Assembly (NCBI GenBank): GCA_000165345.1
Contig: CM000432.1
Span: 32,001 to 96,000 of the forward strand
Direction: 5' to 3'
Length of the DNA stretch: 64,000 nt
How positions within the stretch are numbered: the stretch's first letter is position 1; each line of letters opens with the position of its first letter. The position numbers and the translations under genes are program-made. Below the pieces are notes generated by a model. The model had not been told where the DNA came from and searched no databases. It worked only from the letters and a program-made list of their open reading frames with translations. Positions 55,283 to 64,000 of this stretch are shown in pieces.

Positions 55283-57964
55283 ATGTCAAGCATGGATGAA
55301 TTGAGTGTGCAAGACTACATAGAAATTTGCAAGGAAGCTGGTAATTATAAGCAGGCAATATTTTGGTGTGATTTAGCATCAGCTCAAGAATCTGAAGACA
55401 CAGGAAACGACATTCATGTTGAAAATGGTTCAATAGCTGATATGATTGATCTTAATGGTGAGAATACAGAAATTCCCCAAGTAAGAGGAGCAAAGTCTGT
55501 TGAGTATTTATTAGAAATGGCAGCTCTATATATGTTAGATGGAAAAGAAGTTTGTGTGGAATCTGTATTGAAAAGAATTAATCCAGATGATTTGGAGAGA
55601 GTTGAACAAAGTACAAATGATGAGAATATTTCAGGTTTTTCTGAAAACAAGACAAAACAATATTCTACTGAACTTTCTGAAGGTTTCAACCAAATTAAAT
55701 TAATGGATAATATAGAAGAAGATGTTATTACGGAAAATGAAGCTAACTCTTTACTTTCTAAGAAGCTCTTTTTGGAAGCACAATACTTATACTCGGTACA
55801 TAGATATGAAGAATGTCTATCTCTAATAGAATCGAGTATTGATCTTTCTAATTTTGATACATTTGTTTCTTCCTCGATACATACTATGGCAGCAGATTCA
55901 TTCTCCTCAATTGGAAATATTGAATATGCAACTATGCTATATGAAACAGCTTTATATGAATCTCACCATGCAGTGGAAGCCTTAGATTATTTACTAGAGC
56001 TTCCATATTGTTCTGACTCGACCAAACAGACTTTATTAACAAATATAATAGGGTCTCCGATAGGAGAAGTTGATAAAGCTTGGATAAGGAATTACCTTCA
56101 TCCTTTCCAAAATGTAGAAAAGAATAGCTCAGAAAATGGAGCTTCTATATTTAGATCAGCATCTCCATCAATTTCACCAAATAGAAGAAAGGAAAAACGG
56201 CTCCTTCCAACATCACCAATAAATGTAGCATCTAGAATTTCAGTGGATAACCCTGATAAGATTGCATTTAGAAATAATTATATTGAGACATCAGAGAACA
56301 AAATGATTCAAGATGACTTGATGATTCTAGATAATATTGCAAGAGGAGCAAAAGGTGAAGTTGGACTTAGATTAGCTGCTATTTATATGTATAGATTTAT
56401 TTGCCAAAGTAATTTGGTTTGTGGTTATATTCTTGGCTGTAATATCTGGGTACAGCTTTTCAGAAAGGAAGAAGAAAGCAATGAGAAATACTATTATAAT
56501 TTTGGAGATCCGCTCCCAGCAGTTTTTAATGATAGCTATAAATCTTTCAAATATTCAACAGCAGCATTTTGTGAATTTATTAATATGTTTAGTTTATGTA
56601 TTGTTTGTAAATTATACACAGAGATTAGTATTTGTCAGGCATCAACTCCTAATGATTTAAATGACTATATTACTTTACTGGAATGCTTTATTGTAATATT
56701 GGACCATTACGGAGGAAATTTGGAAACTATTAAAAAAACTTCAAAAGATGGGAGTTTAACATTCTCCACTAAACTTTTCAATTCAAAACTTTTTGGAAAG
56801 AACTCGGATGATATTTGTTGTGGGATAAACTTTAACGGCAATAATCTTGGAAATGATTTGAACTATGGAAATGATAATAATGCAACAACATCTGCAAGCT
56901 CTTGGTATAAGAAACTTTTCCCTAATAATATTTTAGTTAGTAGTTTCTTCTTTGTAAAAGCTTGTTTCTTGTTTGTATCTGCAATTGGTAGAGTTCACTC
57001 CCGTTCAGAAAACTCAATACAAACAGTTAGAAGCTTATTAAGAACATCAATGTATTTTCTAAAAAGAAGTATAAATTTCAATTACATTATGTTGCCTTCC
57101 TACTACTTATGGGGGAATATTTACTCTATTCTTGGACAATGGGATGATGCTGTAGTAATTTTCAGAAGAATTATCAGACTATTTCCATCAACCAATTTAT
57201 CAATAACATCAGCTACTTCTCTATTGCTTCAAAGAGTTCAGATTGAGAAAGATCTCCGAATCACAGATTTGCTAAATCAATGTATTGGATGGGCGTCTAA
57301 AGGGCTTCAAATTAATAAAGACACTCCTTCTATTCACAATTCTTTGGGAATTTGTGCCTATTATGAAAAGAAGTATGACATTGCTATTGGTTACTTCCAG
57401 AAAGCATTCAATTGCTTGTCAAGCCAAAATCAAGATGGGACAGAAAATATTCCCATAAATAATTCATTTTCCACATCCATATTTAATAAAACTTTATTTA
57501 AAAACCCGGGAAACCCAAACTTCAACTCATCTCTCTTTTCATTTAATCCTCTACCATTTATTATTTCCGTTAATCTCGCTCTTTCATATTTAATGGGAGG
57601 ACATTATCAGAATGCAATCGATAGCTTATCTGTATTATTTACCTCAAAGAAGTATTTTCATCGTGCCCTCTTTGACCCTACATTCCTTCAATACATTTAT
57701 ATGATTCTTGGAATTTCCTATCATTTGCTCGATAATACTAAGGAAGCATGTAACTACTACGAGCTTTTTCTTTCTCTTCCAACTGAAGATGAAATACTTG
57801 ATGAACTAGAGGAATATCCAAACACAGAAACCATGAATTCTATTAAAATTCCGGGAAATGACGCAATTCAAATGATCATTTCTGGAGACCAGAACAAGTA
57901 TCTTTCAAAAGTGTTCATTAAGAGCATTTCTGAGCTTTACAACTCCTTGATGCAAAATATCTAA
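55283..57964 (+). CDS. TPR-repeat protein; the C-terminal half is canonical TPRs, and it may be an APC/C subunit
   Basis: TPR signatures (W-LG-Y-A-F-P patterns, e.g. SYYLWGNIYSILGQWDDAVVIFRRIIRLFP, HNSLGICAYYEKKYDIAIGYFQKAF, VNLALSYLMGGHYQNAIDSL). The first in-frame ATG is at 55283, after a TGA at 55235; the track's start is TTG. Confidence 0.55.
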   Translation: MSSMDELSVQDYIEICKEAGNYKQAIFWCDLASAQESEDTGNDIHVENGSIADMIDLNGENTEIPQVRGAKSVEYLLEMAALYMLDGKEVCVESVLKRINPDDLERVEQSTNDENISGFSENKTKQYSTELSEGFNQIKLMDNIEEDVITENEANSLLSKKLFLEAQYLYSVHRYEECLSLIESSIDLSNFDTFVSSSIHTMAADSFSSIGNIEYATMLYETALYESHHAVEALDYLLELPYCSDSTKQTLLTNIIGSPIGEVDKAWIRNYLHPFQNVEKNSSENGASIFRSASPSISPNRRKEKRLLPTSPINVASRISVDNPDKIAFRNNYIETSENKMIQDDLMILDNIARGAKGEVGLRLAAIYMYRFICQSNLVCGYILGCNIWVQLFRKEEESNEKYYYNFGDPLPAVFNDSYKSFKYSTAAFCEFINMFSLCIVCKLYTEISICQASTPNDLNDYITLLECFIVILDHYGGNLETIKKTSKDGSLTFSTKLFNSKLFGKNSDDICCGINFNGNNLGNDLNYGNDNNATTSASSWYKKLFPNNILVSSFFFVKACFLFVSAIGRVHSRSENSIQTVRSLLRTSMYFLKRSINFNYIMLPSYYLWGNIYSILGQWDDAVVIFRRIIRLFPSTNLSITSATSLLLQRVQIEKDLRITDLLNQCIGWASKGLQINKDTPSIHNSLGICAYYEKKYDIAIGYFQKAFNCLSSQNQDGTENIPINNSFSTSIFNKTLFKNPGNPNFNSSLFSFNPLPFIISVNLALSYLMGGHYQNAIDSLSVLFTSKKYFHRALFDPTFLQYIYMILGISYHLLDNTKEACNYYELFLSLPTEDEILDELEEYPNTETMNSIKIPGNDAIQMIISGDQNKYLSKVFIKSISELYNSLMQNI

Positions 57965-58142
57965 TGAACAGATTGAACAAAAAAGTTATTTTGTTCTTAA
58001 ACATATCTAATATTGACCTTACTGCTATTAACTTGTTTTTAATATACTAATATCGTTCAAAATCAATATCTATATAAAAATCAATTTTATTTTTCTTTGC
58101 CTTCTGCCTAATTGTTTATTTGCCAATTTAACTAATTGGGCT

Positions 58143-58169
58143 TGGCGCCATACGTGTTCTGCATGCAAT
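58143..58169. promoter_or_regulatory. TTGGCGCCA box followed by TGCATGCA, upstream of the SET8-like gene
   Basis: gcTTGGCGCCAtacgtgttcTGCATGCAat. Confidence 0.4.
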
Positions 58170-58499
58170 ATTTTTATTAATAGGAAATTAACTTGGAATG
58201 GTTATAAGGAGAAATTATTGCAAATCTTTTAATTATTAAGTTTATTTTAAATATATAACAAAATTGATTTTCAGCTAATAACAAGAGTCACTATAATATA
58301 AAGAAGAATTAAAAATAAATAATAAATAGCCATTTGAGGGGGAAAGTGGGGGGTTGGTGGAGCAGAAAACACTAATAAATTAGAAGAGAATTTAGAGAAT
58401 TGAAACTAGATAAAAGCTAATTCAGATGATAGTCTAGTATATCATTAATGGAATCTGTGTGAAACGTAAAAAGTAACTAAGGGATCAGATGAGGCAATT

Positions 58500-60170
58500 A
58501 TGAAGGAAAATAGATTACAAGAAATCATTGAAAAGAAAAAAATTTTCAAGATGAAATGTACAACATCCTTGGACAACGAGGATAAGTCTCAAGTTAAGAT
58601 TTTAAATTCAAGGAATAAGTACTGGAAATATGAGCAGGATGACTTTCATGAGGAAGGATGGGATGAGGAACTTGGAATCCCAATAGTAATTAGAAGTGAG
58701 GTAGAAAATCTTATGCAAGGAAGAGCATTATATATAAGAAATGCGAGTCATTATGGGCAAAGAAGATTGGATTCAACACTTAGTAAATCAATCATTATGA
58801 AAAAGGGAGAAGTTGATATTGACTCATTCGACTTTAAAGTAAGCCTAGTAACAAGAACTCATAACTTTGAAAATATTAAAAATGAAAATTCTAAAATAAA
58901 TTTAAGTAAAGAATTATTGAATTTAAACACTAAAGACCTTCCTAAACACTCAGATGAGTCCCTTGCTGCTTTAACTGACGAGGTTTTACAAGAGGAATCC
59001 ATTTGCACAGCTTTATATCCTTCAGAGTATTCTGGAAAATGGGAAGTTGAATATTTTCAGGTATTTCATTTCATTACATTAAAGAAATCTCTGAATTGTT
59101 TACTCAATCTATCAAAATCTGAAAAATTATTTGTTTCCTACTTTTCAGACGTTAAAATTTCTCAATACTGTCCGACTATTTTCTGGAATATTGTTCGTAT
59201 ATTTCATGGAGAAATAGATCTTGGGATTATTGAGATCTTCTCTTCAATACCTCCAGCTCTATTAAAAAGGAGAAGAAACACTTTTGAGACTAAATTTAAT
59301 TTAAATCAAAATTTAAGATCGTCTTTAACTAAGAAATCAAACAAAAATCACCAAAAACTTAAAGAAAATAAAGACATCTTCTATGAACTGAGTCAAAAAC
59401 TTATTCAGGACTTGTATAGTAAAATTCCATACTTTGAGAGAAATGGAATCGAATATTTTACAGACTCCAAATTTTTAGATCTTAAACACAAAAACAAAGA
59501 ATTTTCAAATAATTCTGAACTTGAAATCAATTTTACACCAAACAATGAAATTGAGCAGTCTAATATTGAAAACCAAATAACTAGAAGATCTAGCAAAAGA
59601 GTCTCTTTTGGTGCTAATAGCGAAATATCAATCATTGAAGCAACAATAGATATGAACTACAAAGTTATTCACCTCCCAATATATAATTATTCAGAAAAAT
59701 GGAAGAAGATTATCTACAAATATTGTATCTTAAATGAAATTCACTCATGCACTTTGATTAAAAAAGATGCATTTAAAGGAAGATGTGTAATCGCCGGATC
59801 TCTTATTAGAAAAGATGACTTTGTTCTTGAATATAAAGGAAATCTAATAACTCAGCTTAACGAGGCCAAAGAGCTGGAAGAGAAGTATGCTCTTAGTAAT
59901 AGGGGGTGTTATATGTATTACTTCAAAGCTAACGATAAGAATTATTGTATTGATGCTACCGAAGAATGTTTAGAATTTGGACCAGGGAGACTAATTAATC
60001 ATTCTAGAAAAAATCCTAACATTATCACAAAAGTACTAATGATAGAAAATACTCCAAGATTGTTTTTCGTCTCAAAAAGGGATATTATATGCGGCGAAGA
60101 GCTGCTTTTCGATTATGGCGATAACAATCCCATCTCTACTCTACACAATCCCTGGCTTGTAAATTCATAA
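58500..60170 (+). CDS. SET-domain lysine methyltransferase, SET8/PR-Set7-like, with a ~400-aa N-terminal extension
   Basis: The C-terminal GRCVIAGSLIRKDDFVLEYKGNLITQLNEAKELEEKYALSNRGCYMYYFKANDKNYCIDATEE...GRLINHSRKNPNIITKV...ICGEELLFDYGD parallels human SETD8 GKGRGVIATKQFSRGDFVVEYHGDLI...CYMYYFQYLSKTYCVDAT...GRLINHS...AGEELLYDYGD. Confidence 0.7.
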   Translation: MKENRLQEIIEKKKIFKMKCTTSLDNEDKSQVKILNSRNKYWKYEQDDFHEEGWDEELGIPIVIRSEVENLMQGRALYIRNASHYGQRRLDSTLSKSIIMKKGEVDIDSFDFKVSLVTRTHNFENIKNENSKINLSKELLNLNTKDLPKHSDESLAALTDEVLQEESICTALYPSEYSGKWEVEYFQVFHFITLKKSLNCLLNLSKSEKLFVSYFSDVKISQYCPTIFWNIVRIFHGEIDLGIIEIFSSIPPALLKRRRNTFETKFNLNQNLRSSLTKKSNKNHQKLKENKDIFYELSQKLIQDLYSKIPYFERNGIEYFTDSKFLDLKHKNKEFSNNSELEINFTPNNEIEQSNIENQITRRSSKRVSFGANSEISIIEATIDMNYKVIHLPIYNYSEKWKKIIYKYCILNEIHSCTLIKKDAFKGRCVIAGSLIRKDDFVLEYKGNLITQLNEAKELEEKYALSNRGCYMYYFKANDKNYCIDATEECLEFGPGRLINHSRKNPNIITKVLMIENTPRLFFVSKRDIICGEELLFDYGDNNPISTLHNPWLVNS

Positions 60171-60445
60171 TGTCACATTCTTTCTGTAAAGAGGATCTTT
60201 AACAAGTCTTAGACAGAGATAGGAAAAAAAACATCTCAAATAAACATTCATCATTTAACTTTTGACAACTTGCCATTAAATTCAGAAGAAAAACATCTCA
60301 TTTTTAAATCATCTACAATAGAAAAAGAGAAATTTTATACCTGTAAAATCCCTCTTCTCTAATATACTAGGAAAAATTAAATTTAAATTAATCAGGTATT
60401 TGTTTCTCACAATATTTGCTAAATTTCAAAAAATAATTAATTTAA

Positions 60446-60456
60446 TGGCGGGAAAT
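60446..60456. promoter_or_regulatory. TGGCGGGAAAT canonical E2F-type site upstream of the MFS transporter gene
   Basis: tttaaTGGCGGGAAATttccc. Confidence 0.4.
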
Positions 60457-60999
60457 TTCCCAAAAGGTTTTAAATTATAAATATATATTTTTTGGTTCTT
60501 TAAGAACCGAATTTGGAAATTGGAAATACCAGGAATTTTTTTTAAACTTAGTAAAATCATATCTTGAAAATTAGATTTGGTAACCTTTGAATCCCATCTT
60601 CCCTTGCTTAATAGTATTTAGAAAATTATTGCTACTTTTAGACTCCAGAGCTTTATTGCGCCAAAGACACATAGGAATTAAAGTCAAGAAAGGAATCATC
60701 CATATCTAAAAGTCTCTGTTTATTCTTACTATAAATCAATGGAAATAACTGCAAATTCTTCAGATTCAGAACATAAAAGTGATCATTTGAATATTTAATA
60801 TATTAATTGTTAATATTTATTTCAAGTTTTTAAATATTTTATTACTATTTGGGCGAATTTATATATATGCGGAACTTATTTGTTTAGGAAGAAAAAATTA
60901 GAAAAAGATAAATAGCTAATAAATATGATGATTCAACTGAGCAGAAAATTGTTTTAATTTTAAAAAAACAAAGAATTAGCAGTCACTTGATCGAGTAAA

Positions 61000-62733
61000 A
61001 TGGTCAATTCAATTATCAAAATAGCATCCCTTTTGGGTGGCTTATCTTTAAATATTGCACTTGGAATGGTATACTCTATGAGTAATTCATCCATTTATGT
61101 TGCATCTTATATGAGATGGGTAGCAAAACAAGAATTAAAGCCAGTAACTTTAGCAGATGTTTCTTGGGTATATACTTTAAATGTTTTTTTTCTCGGCTTG
61201 ATTCTCCCCATTGGAGGTTATATTAATAAAAGGATTGGTGTACGAAAGTCTTTATACTTGGCATCTACCTTATTTTCAGCCTCAACATTTGTATCTTATT
61301 GGTTTGTTTCATCATATTATTGGTTTCTTATAATTTTTGGTTGTATACTTGGAATTGCCGATGGTATTGCCTTTAATATTCCCCAATATTGTGCCTATAA
61401 ACATTTTCCAAATAATATTGGACTTGCTTCAAGTGTAGTAATTTCTGGATTGGCTTTGAGCCCAATACTATTTTCACCATTACAAACATGGATTGTGAAT
61501 CCTAATAACAAAATGCCAGAATTAAAAGTAGGAAATGAATTATATTTCTCTGATGAAGAAATTTTAATGAGGGTTCCTAAAATGTTCATAGCCATGGGGT
61601 TATTTATTACATTATTATGTGTATTTTCTATAATGACATTGCATGAACCAAAAGAAGAAACAGATACTCATATATTGCCTTTGAACTTAAATAATAAAAC
61701 TTCAAGGCTTGATGACTCAATCTCAGAATCTGAAAAAGATGCTTTGGTTTTAATTCCAAATACAGAATCCAAATCTTTGGTTGAATTTTATTTAAATTTT
61801 GAACAGGGGATGAAATATGATAACTTGACTTGTAATAATGCTAACTCTGAATCAGTTTCGACTGCTATTACTCCAATAGAAAAACTTGGATCTTTTGATT
61901 TTAATATTGATAACATTAAATTAGAACTAGAGCTAGAGTTGGATAAAGATGAAGGAAATAATGAAGAAAATAATGAAGAAAATAAAAAAAGTGATAAAAA
62001 TGAATATAAGGAAAAAGTGAATGAGAATATAGAAAAAACAAAATATGAAGGTAATGTAGACTTAAAGTTTAAAAGTGATAATCTTACTTCAAATAGAAAT
62101 GCAGAATTAGATATGATATCTCGACTTTTAAAAGAAAAACAGTTTTGGTTAATATTTTGGCTGCTTTTCTTATTTTCACAATATGTCCACTTTATTGCCT
62201 CATGGTGGAAGAATATTGGAATAATTTACATAAATATTTCTGATGAAATGCTTGCAACAATAGGTACATTTATTACATCAGGAAACAATGTTTTTGGACG
62301 ATGTTTCTTTGGATCTTGGATAGATAAATTTGGAGGGAGAATTTGTTTTATATCAATTTCTCTATCTTGTCTTTTTTCAGTTTTAATATTCCAACTTTCA
62401 TTAATGTTAAATTCGCAAATATTTTATTTGATTTGTATTGGATTCATATTCTTCAATATGGGAGCGGGATTCGTCTTATTTCCTCCAATTGTAGCCATTC
62501 ACTTTGGAGTTGAGTATTATGCCTTAATATATGGATTAATATATATTGGAAGGTCTTTGGGAGTATTCTTTAATTCTTTTTTGACTTGGTTATTAATCGG
62601 ATCGTTAGATATTCAATATATATGTTTGATTATTGGAGCATTCACTTTTTCATTTTTCTTACTATCTACCAGATTTTATAATCATACTAAATTTTCAGAT
62701 CATACTTTACATAAGAAACTATTTCTTAAATAA
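61000..62733 (+). CDS. Major-facilitator-superfamily-type transporter: 12 predicted TM helices with a large acidic central loop
   Basis: ATG at 61000. Two bundles of six hydrophobic helices flank a K/E/N-rich loop of about 150 aa. The composition resembles nodulin-like/OFA-type MFS transporters. Confidence 0.6.
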   Translation: MVNSIIKIASLLGGLSLNIALGMVYSMSNSSIYVASYMRWVAKQELKPVTLADVSWVYTLNVFFLGLILPIGGYINKRIGVRKSLYLASTLFSASTFVSYWFVSSYYWFLIIFGCILGIADGIAFNIPQYCAYKHFPNNIGLASSVVISGLALSPILFSPLQTWIVNPNNKMPELKVGNELYFSDEEILMRVPKMFIAMGLFITLLCVFSIMTLHEPKEETDTHILPLNLNNKTSRLDDSISESEKDALVLIPNTESKSLVEFYLNFEQGMKYDNLTCNNANSESVSTAITPIEKLGSFDFNIDNIKLELELELDKDEGNNEENNEENKKSDKNEYKEKVNENIEKTKYEGNVDLKFKSDNLTSNRNAELDMISRLLKEKQFWLIFWLLFLFSQYVHFIASWWKNIGIIYINISDEMLATIGTFITSGNNVFGRCFFGSWIDKFGGRICFISISLSCLFSVLIFQLSLMLNSQIFYLICIGFIFFNMGAGFVLFPPIVAIHFGVEYYALIYGLIYIGRSLGVFFNSFLTWLLIGSLDIQYICLIIGAFTFSFFLLSTRFYNHTKFSDHTLHKKLFLK

Positions 62734-63112
62734 AACATTAATAATTACATAAATTAATATTTTTTATTTACAATGGAGACTTGAAAAGGTTTGGAAGTTG
62801 ATTTTTTCAAGAAGATTTGATGTCTAATTTTGATTGAAATTACTTGTATTAGTATTTTGCCTTGATTTATCTTAATTTCATTATTTAAATTATTCATTGA
62901 TTGTTTATAATGCATTTGATATTAATGAATCATTTACCAATTTTGAAATAGTATTATTTGAATTTGAATTAGTGGGAGGTTTGGTCTAATTCAATAGTCT
63001 TTCTATTCTATTCTGTTTTTCTATAACCTCATTTTTTTTTATAATTACTGACCACTCGGCTTCTTTGAATCAATATTTAACTCCTTTTTATCCCATTACA
63101 AATATACGTGTG

Positions 63113-63122
63113 TGGCGCCAAA
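63113..63122. promoter_or_regulatory. TGGCGCCAAA box ~65 bp upstream of the CDP-alcohol phosphotransferase ATG
   Basis: acgtgtgTGGCGCCAAAtttg. Confidence 0.4.
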
Positions 63123-63183
63123 TTTGAAAAAAAAAAATGAATTAAATTAATAAGAGAATAAAGTAATTAGTGTGCCTATAAAA

Positions 63184-64000
63184 ATGAAGGAAACAGGGGT
63201 TGAGTCAAAGAATGTTTCTGGAAAACATGAAGAGTATAAATATGTTCAACCAATGACATCACCTTTATACAATAATGTGATCTCTCCTGTATGCGATAAA
63301 ATTGTGGGATTTCTTCCAAAATACCTTTCACCAAACTTACTGACAATTATTGGGTTAATTTCTATTTCAACTTCGTTTATTATGTTAATTTCTATAGGGG
63401 AGAATTCAAAAAAGCTATATTTTGTTTCTGCAGCATTATGGTTTTTATATGGCATTATTGATAATTTAGATGGAAAACAAGCAAGAAGATTAGGAGTTTC
63501 ATCCAATAGTGGGGAGTTCATTGATCATGCAATAGACTCAGTAGTTACTTCATTTGTAGGCCTTGCATTCCAATATATGCATAACAGATATCTTGAATTA
63601 GATTTACTTGTAGTATTGTCATATCAGTTACCCTTTTATTTTGCATGTTGGTTTCACTTCAAATATGGAAAATTAATAATTGGCAATTCCGTTTCAAAAA
63701 CTCCATATTTCACAGTGGATGAGCTTAATCTAGTTTTTGTACCACTTTTTATCTTATTCGAATACCTTTTCCCTGGGCTTTGGAATTTAGATATACCTCT
63801 TTATGGTGGTTATATAATAAAGAGTTGGGGGATTCCTTTTAATTATTGTTGTTTTATTTATTCAATATTCACACTTTTAAGCTGCTTACATTACTGCTTA
63901 TCAAAGTCCTTAACAAATGCTCATTTATTATTCATTCCTCTAACTATACATGTAACTTCCAAGGAATTGGCAAAATTAAGCATGTATAATACGATTCTCC
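63184..64000 (+). CDS. CDP-alcohol phosphatidyltransferase (choline/ethanolamine phosphotransferase class), 3'-partial; it runs off the window end
   Basis: ATG at 63184. The frame is open to position 64000. The catalytic motif DNLDGKQARRLGVSSNSGEFIDHAIDS fits D-G-x2-AR-x8-G-x3-D-x3-D. Multiple TM helices. The track omits it because the window contains no stop codon for it. Confidence 0.7.
   Translation, partial: MKETGVESKNVSGKHEEYKYVQPMTSPLYNNVISPVCDKIVGFLPKYLSPNLLTIIGLISISTSFIMLISIGENSKKLYFVSAALWFLYGIIDNLDGKQARRLGVSSNSGEFIDHAIDSVVTSFVGLAFQYMHNRYLELDLLVVLSYQLPFYFACWFHFKYGKLIIGNSVSKTPYFTVDELNLVFVPLFILFEYLFPGLWNLDIPLYGGYIIKSWGIPFNYCCFIYSIFTLLSCLHYCLSKSLTNAHLLFIPLTIHVTSKELAKLSMYNTIL

Noticed and set aside
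63246-63521. Minus-strand 91-aa ORF
   Set aside because: It is antisense to the CDP-alcohol phosphotransferase gene, whose catalytic motif DG-x2-AR...G-x3-D-x3-D reads on the plus strand across the same interval.

Overview
This window is an AT-rich (~30% GC) eukaryotic nuclear segment that uses the standard genetic code. It holds about 28 protein-coding genes on both strands (roughly one per 2.3 kb). Most genes are single long exons. A minority carry short introns of 47-162 nt with canonical GTAAGT or GTGAGT donors. Nearly every 5' intergenic region contains a GC-rich E2F-like box (GGCGCC or GGCGGGAA), which otherwise does not occur in this AT-rich window. Together with the compactness and the N/K/I-rich proteins, this points to a Cryptosporidium-like apicomplexan chromosome; that is an inference from the sequence alone. 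The supplied ORF track reports many starts at TTG or GTG codons, so I moved each start to the first in-frame ATG. I also built spliced models where homology required an upstream exon.

Recognisable products are:
- a STAR-type KH RNA-binding protein (5'-partial at the window start);
- an SNF2-RING helicase with an N-terminal PARP-type zinc finger;
- Prp31, with an ATG-only first exon;
- MMS19;
- a Vps8-like WD40/RING-H2 giant protein;
- a UBE2K-like ubiquitin E2 with a UBA domain;
- GSK-3;
- Cks1, with four exons;
- proteasome alpha-4;
- Sec31;
- a Tudor-domain protein;
- the UFM1 ligase UFL1;
- the PP2A B56 regulatory subunit;
- an AADAC-like esterase with its signal anchor on a separate exon;
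- an NF-YC/Dpb3-like histone-fold protein;
- Rab11, with three exons;
- a TBCC-domain protein;
- a TPR protein;
- a SET8-like methyltransferase;
- an MFS transporter;
- a CDP-alcohol phosphotransferase (3'-partial at the window end).

The most unusual element is a 5.5-kb gene (20198..25699) encoding a modular tandem-repeat protein. It has a coiled-coil N-terminus, about 30 copies of KEKEEAEAKAKK, three copies of a ~110-aa K/E module, and five SWFSGWFG aromatic islands ending in SWWGW. Further observations are a 14-nt palindromic sequence (TTGACACGTGTCAT) shared by two unlinked promoters, an ACCGGTA-TAC-CGT composite motif, a 1.7-kb gene-free AT-rich interval with a GC-rich island, and a multi-exon small secreted-protein gene that the ORF track does not show. 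I found no tRNA or rRNA genes, no transposon, and no CRISPR array.
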